DNA of 63,911 bases, counting the filler, from Octopus bimaculoides (Eukaryota), in assembly GCF_001194135.2 (NCBI RefSeq). It is 6 parts of 6 records of this genome, joined end to end, with 100 filler letters (N's around TTAATTAATTAA, not from the genome) between each part and the next. Parts side by side here need not be neighbours in the genome. Positions count along the whole stretch, not along the records: positions 61,666 to 63,911 come from NW_026328493.1; 5 more parts are not named here. The stretch is one strand, 5' to 3'. Shown piece after piece: positions 63,764 to 63,911 of the stretch. Under the pieces are notes generated by a model that worked only from the letters and a program-made list of their open reading frames with translations, was not told the DNA's origin and ran no database searches. The stretch's first letter is position 1, and every line of letters begins with the position of its first letter. The position numbers were made by a program, and so were the translations under genes.

Positions 63764-63911
63764 GTCTGTCTATCTACACACACACACACATACATACAAT
63801 CTCCGACTAACAACCAATGGTCGTGAGATTTGGTAAAAATCGTAAATCGCCCAAAAAACAGAAAGCAACCGACCAAACACAGCGTCCCCCTCACACACAC
63901 ACACACACACA

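Overview
AT-rich, microsatellite- and SINE-dense animal genomic DNA. The repeat families suggest an octopod cephalopod (inference, not a database hit). The window is not one contiguous locus: five identical 100-nt spacers (N44-TTAATTAATTAA-N44) join six assembly pieces. Piece 1 (1-25179) holds the 3' part of a minus-strand neurabin/spinophilin (PPP1R9)-like gene; a phase-consistent exon chain ends in the neurabin-type SAM domain and a basic coiled tail, with several candidate cassette and alternative terminal exons. Piece 5 (54158-61565) holds a minus-strand gene with a CC-G-C module exon, two tandem 120-nt calcium-binding EGF exons and a candidate TATA/Inr promoter. The rest is mobile DNA: Tc1 transposase remnant, mariner/Tc1/hAT MITEs, a Tx1-like LINE RT, an R4/Dong-like LINE inside (TAA)n, a Penelope-like GIY-YIG endonuclease fragment and many tRNA-derived SINEs. 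The most striking unannotated signal is a set of up to seven minimal type I hammerhead ribozyme motifs from different Penelope-like families, mostly with a palindromic stem III. One (35719-35754, minus) has a fully intact core and sits inside a perfect 85-bp inverted repeat; another sits inside nested inverted repeats in the EGF gene. Nearly all long ORFs in the supplied track are microsatellite or N-gap artefacts.
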